Positions 30,634 through 40,176 of a stretch of DNA of 64,000 nucleotides are shown one piece after another. Each line of letters begins with the position of its first letter. The stretch's first letter is position 1. The stretch is from an uncultured delta proteobacterium. Lineage in GTDB: Bacteria; Desulfobacterota; RBG-13-43-22. A program made the translations under genes and the position numbers. The stretch lies in assembly GCA_963843145.1 (NCBI GenBank), contig CAWJJC010000028.1, positions 480,001 through 544,000 of the forward strand. The letters run 5' to 3'. The notes below the pieces were generated by a model. That model searched no databases. It saw only the letters and a program-made list of their open reading frames with translations, and was not told the DNA's origin.

Positions 30634-31770
30634 TTGACAGTTTCAGCCTTTTATCATAGCCTTACCCGTATGAATTTTCGGACAACCCTTCGATTTTGGG
30701 CCATCCTCTGGGCGGCGTTTTTCCTTTTGGCTTTTTCCGCCGGGAGTCAGGCATCACCGACTCCCTTACAACCCCATCCGTCGGCTAAAGTCAAGAAAAA
30801 GTCAATAAAATCTCCGCGGGTCCGCTCCTCAAAAAAGAGGAAGACCGTCAAGATCAGGAAGAGAAAAAAAGCCCGATCAATCGTTAAAAAACCGACAGCG
30901 GAGGCCGCCCTTCCCTTGGTCTCGACGATCCGTCCTCCGGCTAACGTAGACAGTCCCCTTCATGAAGCGGTCGAGCAGGAGATTCGCTACCTGAGAAACA
31001 GCCGGCGTTTGCAAGCGGGCGACGAAATCTCCATTCAAATATTTGATCTGGCGGACAACAAGATGCTGGTGGACATCAAGGGGGACCAGATCCGGAATGC
31101 CGCCAGCGTAATCAAGCCCTATGTGATGCTCGCGGTCTACGAACAGATCGCCCGGCAGGAGTTGAACGAGACGCCGGAAATTACCCGGCAGGTTCACCGG
31201 ATGATTACGGTCAGCGACAACCACGCGACCAACGCCCTGATCCGTCATTTAGGCCAGGGGGATTATCAGCAGGGGATCGTGATCATCAATGCCCTGGTCC
31301 GCAAATACGGATTCCAGCAGACCGTGGTCAGGGAACTCATCCCGGACGGAGGGAAGACCTATGGAAACCGGACTTCCGCCGCGGACGCCACTTTATTTTT
31401 TAAGCTCCTCTATGAACAAAAACTGGTGAATGCCCACTATTCCCAAAAGATGACCGATTTTCTGCTGAAGAACGTCCATCACCGTATCAAGACTCCGCAA
31501 ATCATGCAGGAAGGAGTTGCCGTGGCCGACAAGACCGGGTACGTTCGCGGTTTAAACGCGGATTGCGGGATCGTTTACCAGAAAAATCAAGAAGGTAAGG
31601 GACATGACTATGTCCTTTCCATCTTTATCGAAAACAAGGACCGTCCGCCTGACGGAGGCTGGGGTCGCCGTAAGAGTGCGGTGATTCGTTACCTTTCAGA
31701 CCGCATTTATCTTAATTTGAAAACCTGTACCGCCAAAGTATCTAATCCTACGCTAAAGGATAACTCCTAA
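30634..31770 (+). CDS. Secreted serine hydrolase with class A beta-lactamase / PBP fold
   Basis: ASVIK (SxxK), SDN and KTG motifs; signal peptide and Lys/Arg-rich linker. Confidence 0.85.
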   Translation: MTVSAFYHSLTRMNFRTTLRFWAILWAAFFLLAFSAGSQASPTPLQPHPSAKVKKKSIKSPRVRSSKKRKTVKIRKRKKARSIVKKPTAEAALPLVSTIRPPANVDSPLHEAVEQEIRYLRNSRRLQAGDEISIQIFDLADNKMLVDIKGDQIRNAASVIKPYVMLAVYEQIARQELNETPEITRQVHRMITVSDNHATNALIRHLGQGDYQQGIVIINALVRKYGFQQTVVRELIPDGGKTYGNRTSAADATLFFKLLYEQKLVNAHYSQKMTDFLLKNVHHRIKTPQIMQEGVAVADKTGYVRGLNADCGIVYQKNQEGKGHDYVLSIFIENKDRPPDGGWGRRKSAVIRYLSDRIYLNLKTCTAKVSNPTLKDNS

Positions 31771-31773
31771 ACG

Positions 31774-34422
31774 TTATTCGTTAGAAGAGCCGATCCAGTC
31801 ATAGACTCCGCTCAAGGTTTTTTCCAGCAGGTCGGGTTGGTTTCCGCCGGCCTGAGCCATATCCGGCCGGCCTCCTCCGTCACCCCCCAACGCCTGGGCC
31901 AACCTTTTAACAATCTTGCCGGCATGAAACCGGGGCAGAAGATCTTTGGTGACTACCGCCACCAGCAGAACTTTCTCCCCTTGAACCCCGCCCAAAATAA
32001 CAATCCCCGAAGCCAGCCGGTCTCGCAGGGAATCGGCCAAATCCCGTAGTTCCTTGGCCTCCCCGGAGGGAACGGTGGAGGCTAAAACCTTGACCCCCCG
32101 GACTTCCCGGGTCTTGGTCAAAATGGATTCCACTCCGCCTCCGGCCAGGAGGGACTTGTTCAGGCGGGCGATGGTCCGCTCCAATTCCTTCTGCTGAATT
32201 AAGAGTTTTTCAACCCGGAGGGGGAGTTCATCGACTCCGCTTTTCAATATTTCGGCCAAGGCCTGCATCTGGTCTTCCTGCCGGTGCAGGTGTTCCAGCG
32301 CCTCCTGGCCGGTCAGGGCTTCGATGCGCCGGACCCCGGCGGCAATGCTGCCCTCCGAGAGGATCTTGAAGAACCCGATGTTCCCGGTCCGCAGGGTGTG
32401 CGTCCCTCCGCATAATTCCCGGCTGAAGTCTCCCATGCGCACCAGGCGGACCCGATCCCCGTAGCGTTCTTCAAACAAGGCCATGGCCCCTTCGGCCACG
32501 GCTTGATCGAAATCTTTCACCTCGGTAGTGATCGGCAGGTTTTGTCGGATGAGGTCATTGACCATATCCTCCACCTGGCGGAGTTCCTCCCGAGTCGGCG
32601 CCGAAAAACAGGTAAAATCAAAACGCAGTCTTTTGGGCGTTACCAGGGAACCGGCCTGCTTCACCTGTTCGCCCAGGACGCGGCGTAGGGCTCCGTGCAG
32701 CAGATGGGTGGTGGAGTGGTTGTTGGCCGTCGCGGTACGCCAATCGAGGGCTACGGAAAGGTCGGCCTGATCCCCCACCTGCAGGAGGCCTTCCCGGATG
32801 GGACCGCGGTGCAGAACGGTTTTATTGGGCAGGGCCGTGGTTTCTTCGACCACCATCCAGCCCCGGTTGGTGGTAATCGTGCCTTGATCGCCCGTCTGGC
32901 CCCCCGATTCGGCATAGAATGGGGTGGCGGAAACCACCACTTCCACCTCGGCCGGCTCCTGAGCGGATTCTGTTGCCCGTCCGCCCTGGATGATGGCCAG
33001 AATCGTGGCCCGGGTTTCTAAGGTCTCGTAGCCCAGAAACTCGGTCTTCAGGTCCTGGGTCATCAGGTGGCGGTAGACCTCCCGGACCTCCCGATCGCCG
33101 CTTCCCTTCCAGGACTGTCGGGACATCTCCCGCTGTTTGGCCATTTGCTCCTGGAAACCGGGTTCGTCCATGACCAACCGATGGTCCAGACTGATGTCCT
33201 GAATTATATCCAGCGGAAACCCATAGGTATCGTAAAGTTTAAAAATCAAGGTCCCCGACAAGGTGTTCTCGCCTTCCTGTTTCAGCCGTTCGATTTCCTC
33301 GTACAGCAGCTTCAAACCGAAATCAAGGGTTTCCAGGAAGCGCTCTTCCTCCTTCTGGATCACCTGGGTAGTCAGGGCCAGATTTTCTTTGACCTCGGGA
33401 TAAAGGTCTCCCATAGTCTCGGCCACCACCTGGGCCAGCCGATATAAAAAAGGCTGGTTGAGTCCGAGGACTTTCCCGTGCCGGGCGGCTCGGCGCAGGA
33501 TGCGTCGCACCACATAGCCCCGACCTTCATTGGAGGGCAGTGCCCCGTCGGCCAGCAGAAAGGCCAGGGCCCGGCTGTGGTCGGCGATGACCTTGATGGA
33601 AACATCCAGGTTTTCCGCCCGGCCGATGGCGACCCCGGAAAACGCCTCAATGGCCTGGATGATGGGCTGAAAGAGGTCACTGGAAAAGTTATTCGGCGCC
33701 CCCTGGAGGACGGCGGTGATCCGCTCCAGACCCATACCGGTATCGATGCTGGGCCGGGGCAGGGGATTTAAACGGCCCTCCGCGTCCCGATTGAACTGCA
33801 TGAAGACCAAGTTCCAGAGCTCCAGGTAGCGATCGCAATCACATCCCGGGGCGCAATCCGCCCGCTGGCATCCGAATTCGGGGCCTTGGTCGATCAGGAT
33901 TTCCGAGCACGGTCCGCAGGGGCCGGTATCGCCCATGGCCCAGAAATTATCTTTTTCACCGAGCCGGACGATTTTCTCCGGGGGCAATCCGATTTCCTGC
34001 TGCCAGAGTTGATAGGCCTCATCGTCCTGTTCGTAGACCGAGGCGTATAGCTTAGTCTGGGGCAAGCCGTACACCCGGGTCAGGAGGTCCCAGGCAAAAC
34101 GGATGGCTTCAGACTTAAAGTAGTCGCCGAAGGAAAAATTGCCCAACATTTCAAAAAAGGTGTGATGACGGGCGGTGCGGCCCACATTTTCCAGGTCATT
34201 GTGTTTGCCCCCGGCCCGGACGCACTTCTGGCTGGAGGCCGCCCGGGAGTAGTCCCTTTTTTCTTCACCCAAAAAAACCCGTTTAAAAGGCACCATCCCG
34301 GCATTGGTGAACAGCAGGGACGGGTCATCCCGGGGGATCAAGGAGGCGCTGCGGACTACTTCATGGCCCGCTTCCTTAAAAAAATCCAAAAAGGCTTGCC
34401 GAATTTCTTTTCCTGTCTTCAA
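31774..34422 (-). CDS. alaS: Alanine--tRNA ligase
   Basis: LLFTNAGM, HHTFFEMLGNFSFGDYFK, HSTTH, ELCGGTH, GGGRPDMAQAG. Confidence 0.99.
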   Translation of the reverse strand: MKTGKEIRQAFLDFFKEAGHEVVRSASLIPRDDPSLLFTNAGMVPFKRVFLGEEKRDYSRAASSQKCVRAGGKHNDLENVGRTARHHTFFEMLGNFSFGDYFKSEAIRFAWDLLTRVYGLPQTKLYASVYEQDDEAYQLWQQEIGLPPEKIVRLGEKDNFWAMGDTGPCGPCSEILIDQGPEFGCQRADCAPGCDCDRYLELWNLVFMQFNRDAEGRLNPLPRPSIDTGMGLERITAVLQGAPNNFSSDLFQPIIQAIEAFSGVAIGRAENLDVSIKVIADHSRALAFLLADGALPSNEGRGYVVRRILRRAARHGKVLGLNQPFLYRLAQVVAETMGDLYPEVKENLALTTQVIQKEEERFLETLDFGLKLLYEEIERLKQEGENTLSGTLIFKLYDTYGFPLDIIQDISLDHRLVMDEPGFQEQMAKQREMSRQSWKGSGDREVREVYRHLMTQDLKTEFLGYETLETRATILAIIQGGRATESAQEPAEVEVVVSATPFYAESGGQTGDQGTITTNRGWMVVEETTALPNKTVLHRGPIREGLLQVGDQADLSVALDWRTATANNHSTTHLLHGALRRVLGEQVKQAGSLVTPKRLRFDFTCFSAPTREELRQVEDMVNDLIRQNLPITTEVKDFDQAVAEGAMALFEERYGDRVRLVRMGDFSRELCGGTHTLRTGNIGFFKILSEGSIAAGVRRIEALTGQEALEHLHRQEDQMQALAEILKSGVDELPLRVEKLLIQQKELERTIARLNKSLLAGGGVESILTKTREVRGVKVLASTVPSGEAKELRDLADSLRDRLASGIVILGGVQGEKVLLVAVVTKDLLPRFHAGKIVKRLAQALGGDGGGRPDMAQAGGNQPDLLEKTLSGVYDWIGSSNE

Positions 34423-34458
34423 AGGTGTTCCTCTCTTTAGGTGATCGATCGGCCGCCC

Positions 34459-35475
34459 CTACTTTTCTTCCGGCTCTTTGATTAAACCATAGGTTTGCTT
34501 TACTTTCAATTCGATTTCCTCCAAAGTGGAGGGATGTTCCTTTAGATAGACTTTGGCATTTTCCCTTCCCTGCCCGATCCGGTCTCCCCCGTATGAGTAC
34601 CAGGCCCCGCTTTTTTCGACGATATCATGGGCCACCCCCAGATCAAGTATATCTCCGACCCGGGAAATCCCTTCCCCGTAAATAATATCGAACTCGGCCT
34701 CTTTGAAAGGAGGGGCGATCTTATTCTTGACTACTTTGACGCGGGTCCGGTTGCCGATGATTTCCTGACCATCCTTGATGGCCGCCAACTTGCGGATATC
34801 CAGACGCAGGGAGGCATAAAATTTTAGGGCATTCCCCCCGGTGGTAGTTTCCGGATTTCCGAACATGACCCCGATCTTCATCCGGATCTGGTTGATAAAT
34901 ATCAGGGAGGTATGGGTTTTGCTAATGGTTCCGGTCAATTTGCGCAGGGCCTGGGACATGAGGCGAGCCTGGAGACCCATGTGGGAGTCCCCCATTTCCC
35001 CTTCGATTTCCGCGCGGGGGACCAAGGCGGCCACCGAGTCCACCACCACCACGTCTATGGCGCCGCTGCGCACCAGGATCTCAGCGATTTCCAGGGCCTG
35101 TTCGCCGTTGTCCGGCTGGGAAACCAAGAGTTCGTCACAGTTGACCCCCAGTTTATTGGCATAGATCACATCAAGGGCGTGTTCGGCATCGATAAAGGCC
35201 GCCAAGCCGCCTTTTTTCTGGGCCTCGGCGATGGTGTGCAGTGCCAGGGTGGTTTTCCCGGAAGATTCCGGACCATAGATTTCGATGACCCGCCCCCGGG
35301 GTATTCCCCCAATGCCGGTGGCAATATCCAAAGACAAGGAGCCCGTGGAGATAACCGGCACATCCGCGGTCAAGCCCTCGGAACCCAGGCGCATGATCGC
35401 CCCTTTCCCAAATTGCTTTTCAATCTGGCCCATGGCCATATCCACGGCTTTGTTTTTTTCCAGTTCGGCTTTCAT
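34459..35475 (-). CDS. recA: Recombinase A
   Basis: [25 protein letters not shown]. Confidence 0.99.
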   Translation of the reverse strand: MKAELEKNKAVDMAMGQIEKQFGKGAIMRLGSEGLTADVPVISTGSLSLDIATGIGGIPRGRVIEIYGPESSGKTTLALHTIAEAQKKGGLAAFIDAEHALDVIYANKLGVNCDELLVSQPDNGEQALEIAEILVRSGAIDVVVVDSVAALVPRAEIEGEMGDSHMGLQARLMSQALRKLTGTISKTHTSLIFINQIRMKIGVMFGNPETTTGGNALKFYASLRLDIRKLAAIKDGQEIIGNRTRVKVVKNKIAPPFKEAEFDIIYGEGISRVGDILDLGVAHDIVEKSGAWYSYGGDRIGQGRENAKVYLKEHPSTLEEIELKVKQTYGLIKEPEEK

Positions 35476-35486
35476 AGTCTCCTCCC

Positions 35487-36053
35487 TTATTCTCCTTTAA
35501 GCGGAAATGAACAAATTTTACTATAAACAGGTCCGAAGGGCTTTAAATCACTTTTATAAAGAATGATTTCCTCCACAGCAAACGGTTCCGACTCCTCCTC
35601 TGCCCAAGCGGAAAGGCGCTGGAATAGTCTTTCGTTGGGTTGGTTGGTTTTATTCCGGCCTAAGGTCAGGTGCGGATGAAAGGAGCGATCCTCCCTGGCG
35701 ATTCCGATTTGTTCATAGGCGTCTTCCAAGGCCTCCACTAGCTTCAGAAGCGCATCCAAATCACGATTTAACCCGGCCCAAATGATCCGGGGCCGGCGGA
35801 TATGGGGAAACCCGCCCATCCCTTTGAGTGTTAAACTAAAAGGTTTATTTTCCAAGATAACCTTTTGTGAAACCTCACTAATTTCATCCACTTGTTCCGT
35901 AGAAATTTTGCCAAAGAACTTTAACGTCAGGTGAATTAGCCGGGGGTCAACCCACTTGATCCCGGAGGTGCCCGGACTCAGTATTCGGATCTGTTCGGCC
36001 AATCGTTCCTTTGCGGCTGTAGGCAAATCAATAGCTAAAAAGGAACGGAACAA
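35487..36053 (-). CDS. thpR: RNA 2',3'-cyclic phosphodiesterase
   Basis: Two HxT motifs (HLTLKF, HLTLGR); lies between cinA and recA. Confidence 0.92.
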   Translation of the reverse strand: MFRSFLAIDLPTAAKERLAEQIRILSPGTSGIKWVDPRLIHLTLKFFGKISTEQVDEISEVSQKVILENKPFSLTLKGMGGFPHIRRPRIIWAGLNRDLDALLKLVEALEDAYEQIGIAREDRSFHPHLTLGRNKTNQPNERLFQRLSAWAEEESEPFAVEEIILYKSDLKPFGPVYSKICSFPLKGE

Positions 36054-36083
36054 ATGGTTTTACCCCAATCCATTGGGCGGGGC

Positions 36084-37364
36084 TTAATCGCCGACGGTTG
36101 GCTGACGGATTTTGCCAAATCCATCAGCCAACAGATATCGCCGCACCCAGTCTAAGGCGGTATAGGCGGTCAAGATCTTGATTTGGCGGCGGCGACCCCC
36201 AAAAAGATACTGTCCAGCCTGGGCTCCTTGAGAGGAGGCTAAGGCAATCCAGACCGTCCCCACCGGTTTTTCCGAGGTGCCGCCCCCGGGTCCGGCAATT
36301 CCGGTCACGGCCAGGCCCAAGTCGGCCCTGCTTTTTTCGAGAATTCCCCGGGCCATGGCCAGGGCAGTTTTTTCACTTACGGCGCCATATCGAGAAAGAA
36401 GGTTGCGGGGCACTCCTAACCAATCCATTTTGGCCCGGTTGCTATAAACGATTACCCCGCCTTCAAAATAAGCAGAGCTTCCCGGAACACTGGTGATTCG
36501 GTGTCCGATCAGCCCCCCGCTGCAGGATTCGGCCACGGATAGGGTCTGCTTTTTATTGGTCAGCAACTCTCCCACGACCTCTTCCAGAGTCTGCTCATTG
36601 CGGGCCACGATGGTATCGCCTAAACGGGCTTCGATCTCAGTCTCCAACTGGTCCAGGAACCGTTCGGCCCGGAAGGCCTGGTTTGTCCGGACCGTAACGG
36701 TCAGATGGTTTTCAGGAAAGTTGGGGTAAAAACCCAATTGCACCGTTCCATCTTTTTGTTCCAGATCCTTCAAACGCTGATTGATCTCATTCTCCAAGAG
36801 GCCGAAGATTTTATAGACCCTTTGTTTCACCACCGGCTGGTGGGGATGGCGCTGAAGCAGAAAAGGGATGATTTGTCGGTCCAAGAGCCGGTGCATTTCG
36901 GCTGGAACTCCCGGCAGGAAGAAAAGCGGTTTGCCCGCTTCTTCCATCAAGAAGCCGCAAGCCTTGGGCCGGGGATGAAATAATTGAACCCCTTCCGGTA
37001 GCAGAGCCAGCTTATCGTAAGTCGGGTCCCAAGGGGTTTTTCTTTTTTTTAAGAATTGTTTGATCCGAGTCTGAAGGCCGAGGTGGAGGTTTAAAGAGCG
37101 ATTAAAGGTCTTGGCGGCCACCTCCGCGGTGATGTCGTCCAGGGTCCCGCCCAGGCCCCCGGTTACCAGGACGGCATCGGCCCTTTTATGGGCCTGCAAA
37201 AGGGTTTTCCGAATTTCTCTAGCCTGGTCGGGGATAAAGTGGATCCGGGTCACCTCAAACCCATAGGAACTGAGCCGTCCGGCGGCATAGCCGGCATTTC
37301 GGTCGAGGACACGCCCGGTGGTCAGTTCATTCCCGATACCGATGATTTCAATTTTAAGGGACAT
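36084..37364 (-). CDS. cinA: Competence/damage-inducible protein A (MoCF domain plus PncC NMN deamidase)
   Basis: IGNEL..G...DRN, TGGLG, LPGVPAEM, AESCSGG, TGIAGPGG. Confidence 0.95.
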   Translation of the reverse strand: MSLKIEIIGIGNELTTGRVLDRNAGYAAGRLSSYGFEVTRIHFIPDQAREIRKTLLQAHKRADAVLVTGGLGGTLDDITAEVAAKTFNRSLNLHLGLQTRIKQFLKKRKTPWDPTYDKLALLPEGVQLFHPRPKACGFLMEEAGKPLFFLPGVPAEMHRLLDRQIIPFLLQRHPHQPVVKQRVYKIFGLLENEINQRLKDLEQKDGTVQLGFYPNFPENHLTVTVRTNQAFRAERFLDQLETEIEARLGDTIVARNEQTLEEVVGELLTNKKQTLSVAESCSGGLIGHRITSVPGSSAYFEGGVIVYSNRAKMDWLGVPRNLLSRYGAVSEKTALAMARGILEKSRADLGLAVTGIAGPGGGTSEKPVGTVWIALASSQGAQAGQYLFGGRRRQIKILTAYTALDWVRRYLLADGFGKIRQPTVGD

Positions 37365-37462
37365 TTTCGAAACCTAATCAAAAACTAGCTGAAATTATTG
37401 ATCCTTATGTTCAAAGGGCAAAGATGAATTTTCAGTTAATTAGGTGTGAGAATCTGGAACTC

Positions 37463-37921
37463 TCATCTCCCTGCCACCCACAGGATCAGTCGCAAAAGGA
37501 TATTGGTGTAGATTCCGGCCAAAACATCATCCAAAACAATACCCCAGCCGCCCGGCATCTCCTGATCGATTTTTCGGATGGGAAAGGGTTTGAAAATATC
37601 CATCAGTCGAAAAATCAGAAAGCCGCCGATTACGGAAAACCAGGTCAGAGGAATCCAGCAGACGGAGGCCAGGTAGCCGACGATTTCGTCCGCCACTACC
37701 CGGGAAGGATCCTTTTGGCCCCAGATTTCGGCGGCTCGACCGGCCACGTAAACAGCCCCTAGAATTAAAAGAACGATGACGCCGCCCTGGACCCCGGGAG
37801 AGTACCGGGAAAGCCAGAAATAAAGAGGGATCCCCCACAAGGTCCCGAGAGTTCCCGACGCCAGGGGAGAATAACCCAGGTAAGCCCCGGAGGCAAAAAA
37901 TTTAATCAGCGACGAGTTCAA
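37463..37921 (-). CDS. pgpA: Phosphatidylglycerophosphatase A
   Basis: GTLGT, DPSRVVADEIVG, FRLMDIFKPFP, DDVLAG. Confidence 0.95.
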   Translation of the reverse strand: MNSSLIKFFASGAYLGYSPLASGTLGTLWGIPLYFWLSRYSPGVQGGVIVLLILGAVYVAGRAAEIWGQKDPSRVVADEIVGYLASVCWIPLTWFSVIGGFLIFRLMDIFKPFPIRKIDQEMPGGWGIVLDDVLAGIYTNILLRLILWVAGR

Positions 37922-38030
37922 AGCCTTCTGTCGCTATCCGCGTTCGCGAGTTTCCCTCCCCGGTTCCCGACCCGGCGGTCTTGGAGCCTATTAGCAGAAC
38001 GGGGGAGGGGATCTCGAAAGCCATAGGCAA

Positions 38031-38059
38031 TTTTTATAATTTTATGGGCCGGTTGTCAA
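38031..38059 (-). promoter_or_regulatory. Candidate sigma70 promoter (P1) for pgpA-cinA-thpR-recA
   Basis: Minus strand TTGACA-N17-TAAAAA. Confidence 0.45.
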
Positions 38060-38081
38060 GATTTCCGATGGAGTAAGTTTT

Positions 38082-38126
38082 ATTATATCGGACTGACAAC
38101 CTGGTGGCAGTCCACTAAGGTATTTT
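38082..38126. promoter_or_regulatory. Palindromic operator GGACTGACA-N6-TGGCAGTCC within back-to-back promoters (candidate WYL site)
   Basis: Palindrome at 38090-38113. Plus strand: TGGCAG-N10-TATTTT. Minus strand: CTGCCA-N17-TATAAT. Confidence 0.6.
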
Positions 38127-38154
38127 ATCCGAAAAAAGGTTGAGGAGGACTTCT

Positions 38155-38304
38155 ATGTCGCAATTGTATTATCAGCAAAAACGGTTTCTCTGGGAATTGA
38201 GCAAAACCCGATTTTATGGGTGGTTGACCTTGGCCTTCTGGGTCCTGTTCTCGGTTTTTAATCTGGGGATCCTGGCGGGATTACTCTGGAAGCACCTTAG
38301 GTAG
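38155..38304 (+). CDS. 49-aa single-pass membrane peptide (not in the ORF track)
   Basis: RBS GAGGAGG; MSQLYYQQKRFLWELSKTRFYGWLTLAFWVLFSVFNLGILAGLLWKHLR. Confidence 0.7.
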   Translation: MSQLYYQQKRFLWELSKTRFYGWLTLAFWVLFSVFNLGILAGLLWKHLR

Positions 38305-38643
38305 AGGGACCGTATTTAGTTTCTTTTTCTGCCGCTTTTCTTTATGGATCTCCCGGCAGAGGGATTCATGCAACATATTCAATTCCAACTGGTCCAAAGG
38401 ATCTTGGGCATTATCAATGGCCCGGTCCAGATAATTCACGATGTCCAGGTCGTCTTCAAAGGGGTTTTCCATGGCGCTTAAAGCCCCCTTATCCCGCGCC
38501 CGCCTGATCCACCGCTTGGCATTTTTCGCCTCCGAGGGCGAAGGCTCGACGGTGTATAATGAATGGCTCAGATCGGTTGGTTTTTTTTCGTCTTCGGCCC
38601 TTTCCAGGGGTTCTTTAATCAGAGGATCGGATGACCTGATCAT
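38281..38643 (-). CDS. Hypothetical helical protein
   Basis: 120-aa ORF with GAGG upstream; no recognisable motif. Confidence 0.5.
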   Translation of the reverse strand: MIRSSDPLIKEPLERAEDEKKPTDLSHSLYTVEPSPSEAKNAKRWIRRARDKGALSAMENPFEDDLDIVNYLDRAIDNAQDPLDQLELNMLHESLCREIHKEKRQKKKLNTVPLPKVLPE

Positions 38644-39093
38644 GCGTCTGCCTCTAAATGGAAATCAGCGTACCGGAAGGGCCGTTGAAAGCGGGGGAGG
38701 AAGCCTGATTTCGGGGGGACCAACAAGGGGATCGGGTAGATCCAATGACAGCCGGCAAAGACCAAGAAACCCGGGCGATCTTGACGATTTCGGGGTAAAT
38801 CGGCCAGCGCCTTAAATGGGTAGACCAAAAAGGAAAGTATAAATAAAATAGCCATAGGTTAAACCGTATCGAATGGTGATTGTCTTTCAAACTGACATTT
38901 CCGCCAACGTACCGAAAGTCGCCTCAGCGCCGCACCTGGTCAGTTATTGGTTAGTCACCCCCTGTGTATGGTTGGGGAGCTCTGTCGTTTGGCTCCCTCA
39001 TGGTAATTTTACTATCGGCTCAACGACTGAAAATCTTAAGGGGTTTTGAGGTATAATGACCGGAGCGGGTTGAAAATTCGTGGAGGGTCAGCC

Positions 39094-40083
39094 ATGTCAT
39101 TCAAATTTGATTCCATGATGATTATCCTGAACAAGGTGGACGGCAGGGAGAAGGTGACGGTCCAGTCGCTTAAAGAGGAACTCGGGGTGAGCGAACGGAC
39201 TGTCCATCGTTACCTGGAAACCCTTCAGTTAAGCGGGTATCCTCTTTTCTATGACCGGGAATCGGAACGGTACGCCTTTCCGGAGGGCTACGGATTGAAG
39301 AAACCGGGATTAACCTTTGAAGAGGGGCTGGCCCTGGCCCTGGCCAAGAAACTGGTGGGGGTCTTAGGGGGGGATTTGGATAAACACCTGGATCGGATCG
39401 GGCAAAAAATGGCCGCCCGGCCCAGGGACGAAACCTCGAAAATATTCGTGCGAGAAGCAGGCCGAGTAAGAGGGGCGGACTTTCTGGAAGCATTAAATCG
39501 GGCCGCCATTAATTTCCAGCGAGTGGAGTTGACCTACCAGGCCCTGTCTTCCCGGAAAAAAACGAAACGGCGGGTGGACCCGGACTATTTGTTTTATCAG
39601 GAAGGCCTGTGGTACCTGCGGGGGTATTGCGCCTTGCGGGAAGATTTCCGGACTTTTGCCCTGGATCAAATTCTTTCCCTGAAAGTATTGGATGAACATT
39701 TTGTACCCAGGAGGCGTCCGGAAGAGGAAGAACTCTCCGCCTCCTTCGGCAGCTTTCTGGATGGGGAGGTGGTAGAAGTGATTCTGCGGTTCGATCCGCT
39801 GATCAAGGGTTATATACAGCGAAAAAAGTGGCATCCCAGCCAGCGGGAAGAGGAACTGCCCGACGGCCGACTGGAGGCGCGGTTCCGCGTGACGGGGATG
39901 GCCGGGATCTCGCGCTGGATCTACCGCTGGCTGCCGCAGGTGGAAGTGGTCGCCCCGCCAGAGCTAAGGGAAAAAATGAAGGAGGACCTGGTCAAGGCGT
40001 TGGGCAAGTATGATCAAGAGGAAAGGTCATTTTCCATGGGTAGACGAACATCGAACATCGAACGTCCAACATCGAAAGATTAA
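39094..40083 (+). CDS. WYL-domain transcriptional regulator (wHTH-WYL-WCX)
   Basis: ELGVSERTVHRYL, R.VDP, WYLRGYC..R.DFRTFALDQI, VEVVAPPELRE. RBS GGAGG. Confidence 0.93.
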   Translation: MSFKFDSMMIILNKVDGREKVTVQSLKEELGVSERTVHRYLETLQLSGYPLFYDRESERYAFPEGYGLKKPGLTFEEGLALALAKKLVGVLGGDLDKHLDRIGQKMAARPRDETSKIFVREAGRVRGADFLEALNRAAINFQRVELTYQALSSRKKTKRRVDPDYLFYQEGLWYLRGYCALREDFRTFALDQILSLKVLDEHFVPRRRPEEEELSASFGSFLDGEVVEVILRFDPLIKGYIQRKKWHPSQREEELPDGRLEARFRVTGMAGISRWIYRWLPQVEVVAPPELREKMKEDLVKALGKYDQEERSFSMGRRTSNIERPTSKD

Positions 40084-40140
40084 GGCAGGTTAGTTTTTCA
40101 TTTGAGGTTGGACGTTCGATGTTCAATGTTCGACGTTCAT
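40047..40140. repeat. Empty copy of the AACATCG heptamer inverted-repeat element
   Basis: AACATCG AACATCG AACGTCC AACATCG ... GGACGTT CGATGTT CAATGTT CGACGTT, with only about 25-30 nt between the arms. Confidence 0.85.
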
Positions 40141-40176
40141 CTTTTCAGTGGCCTTGCGCCGGGCGCTCAGCGCTTT

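Noticed and set aside
30634-31770. Antibiotic-resistance beta-lactamase
   Set aside because: The fold motifs are present, but the core chromosomal context next to alr and the lack of a clear ExxLN omega loop favour a cell-wall-related serine hydrolase.
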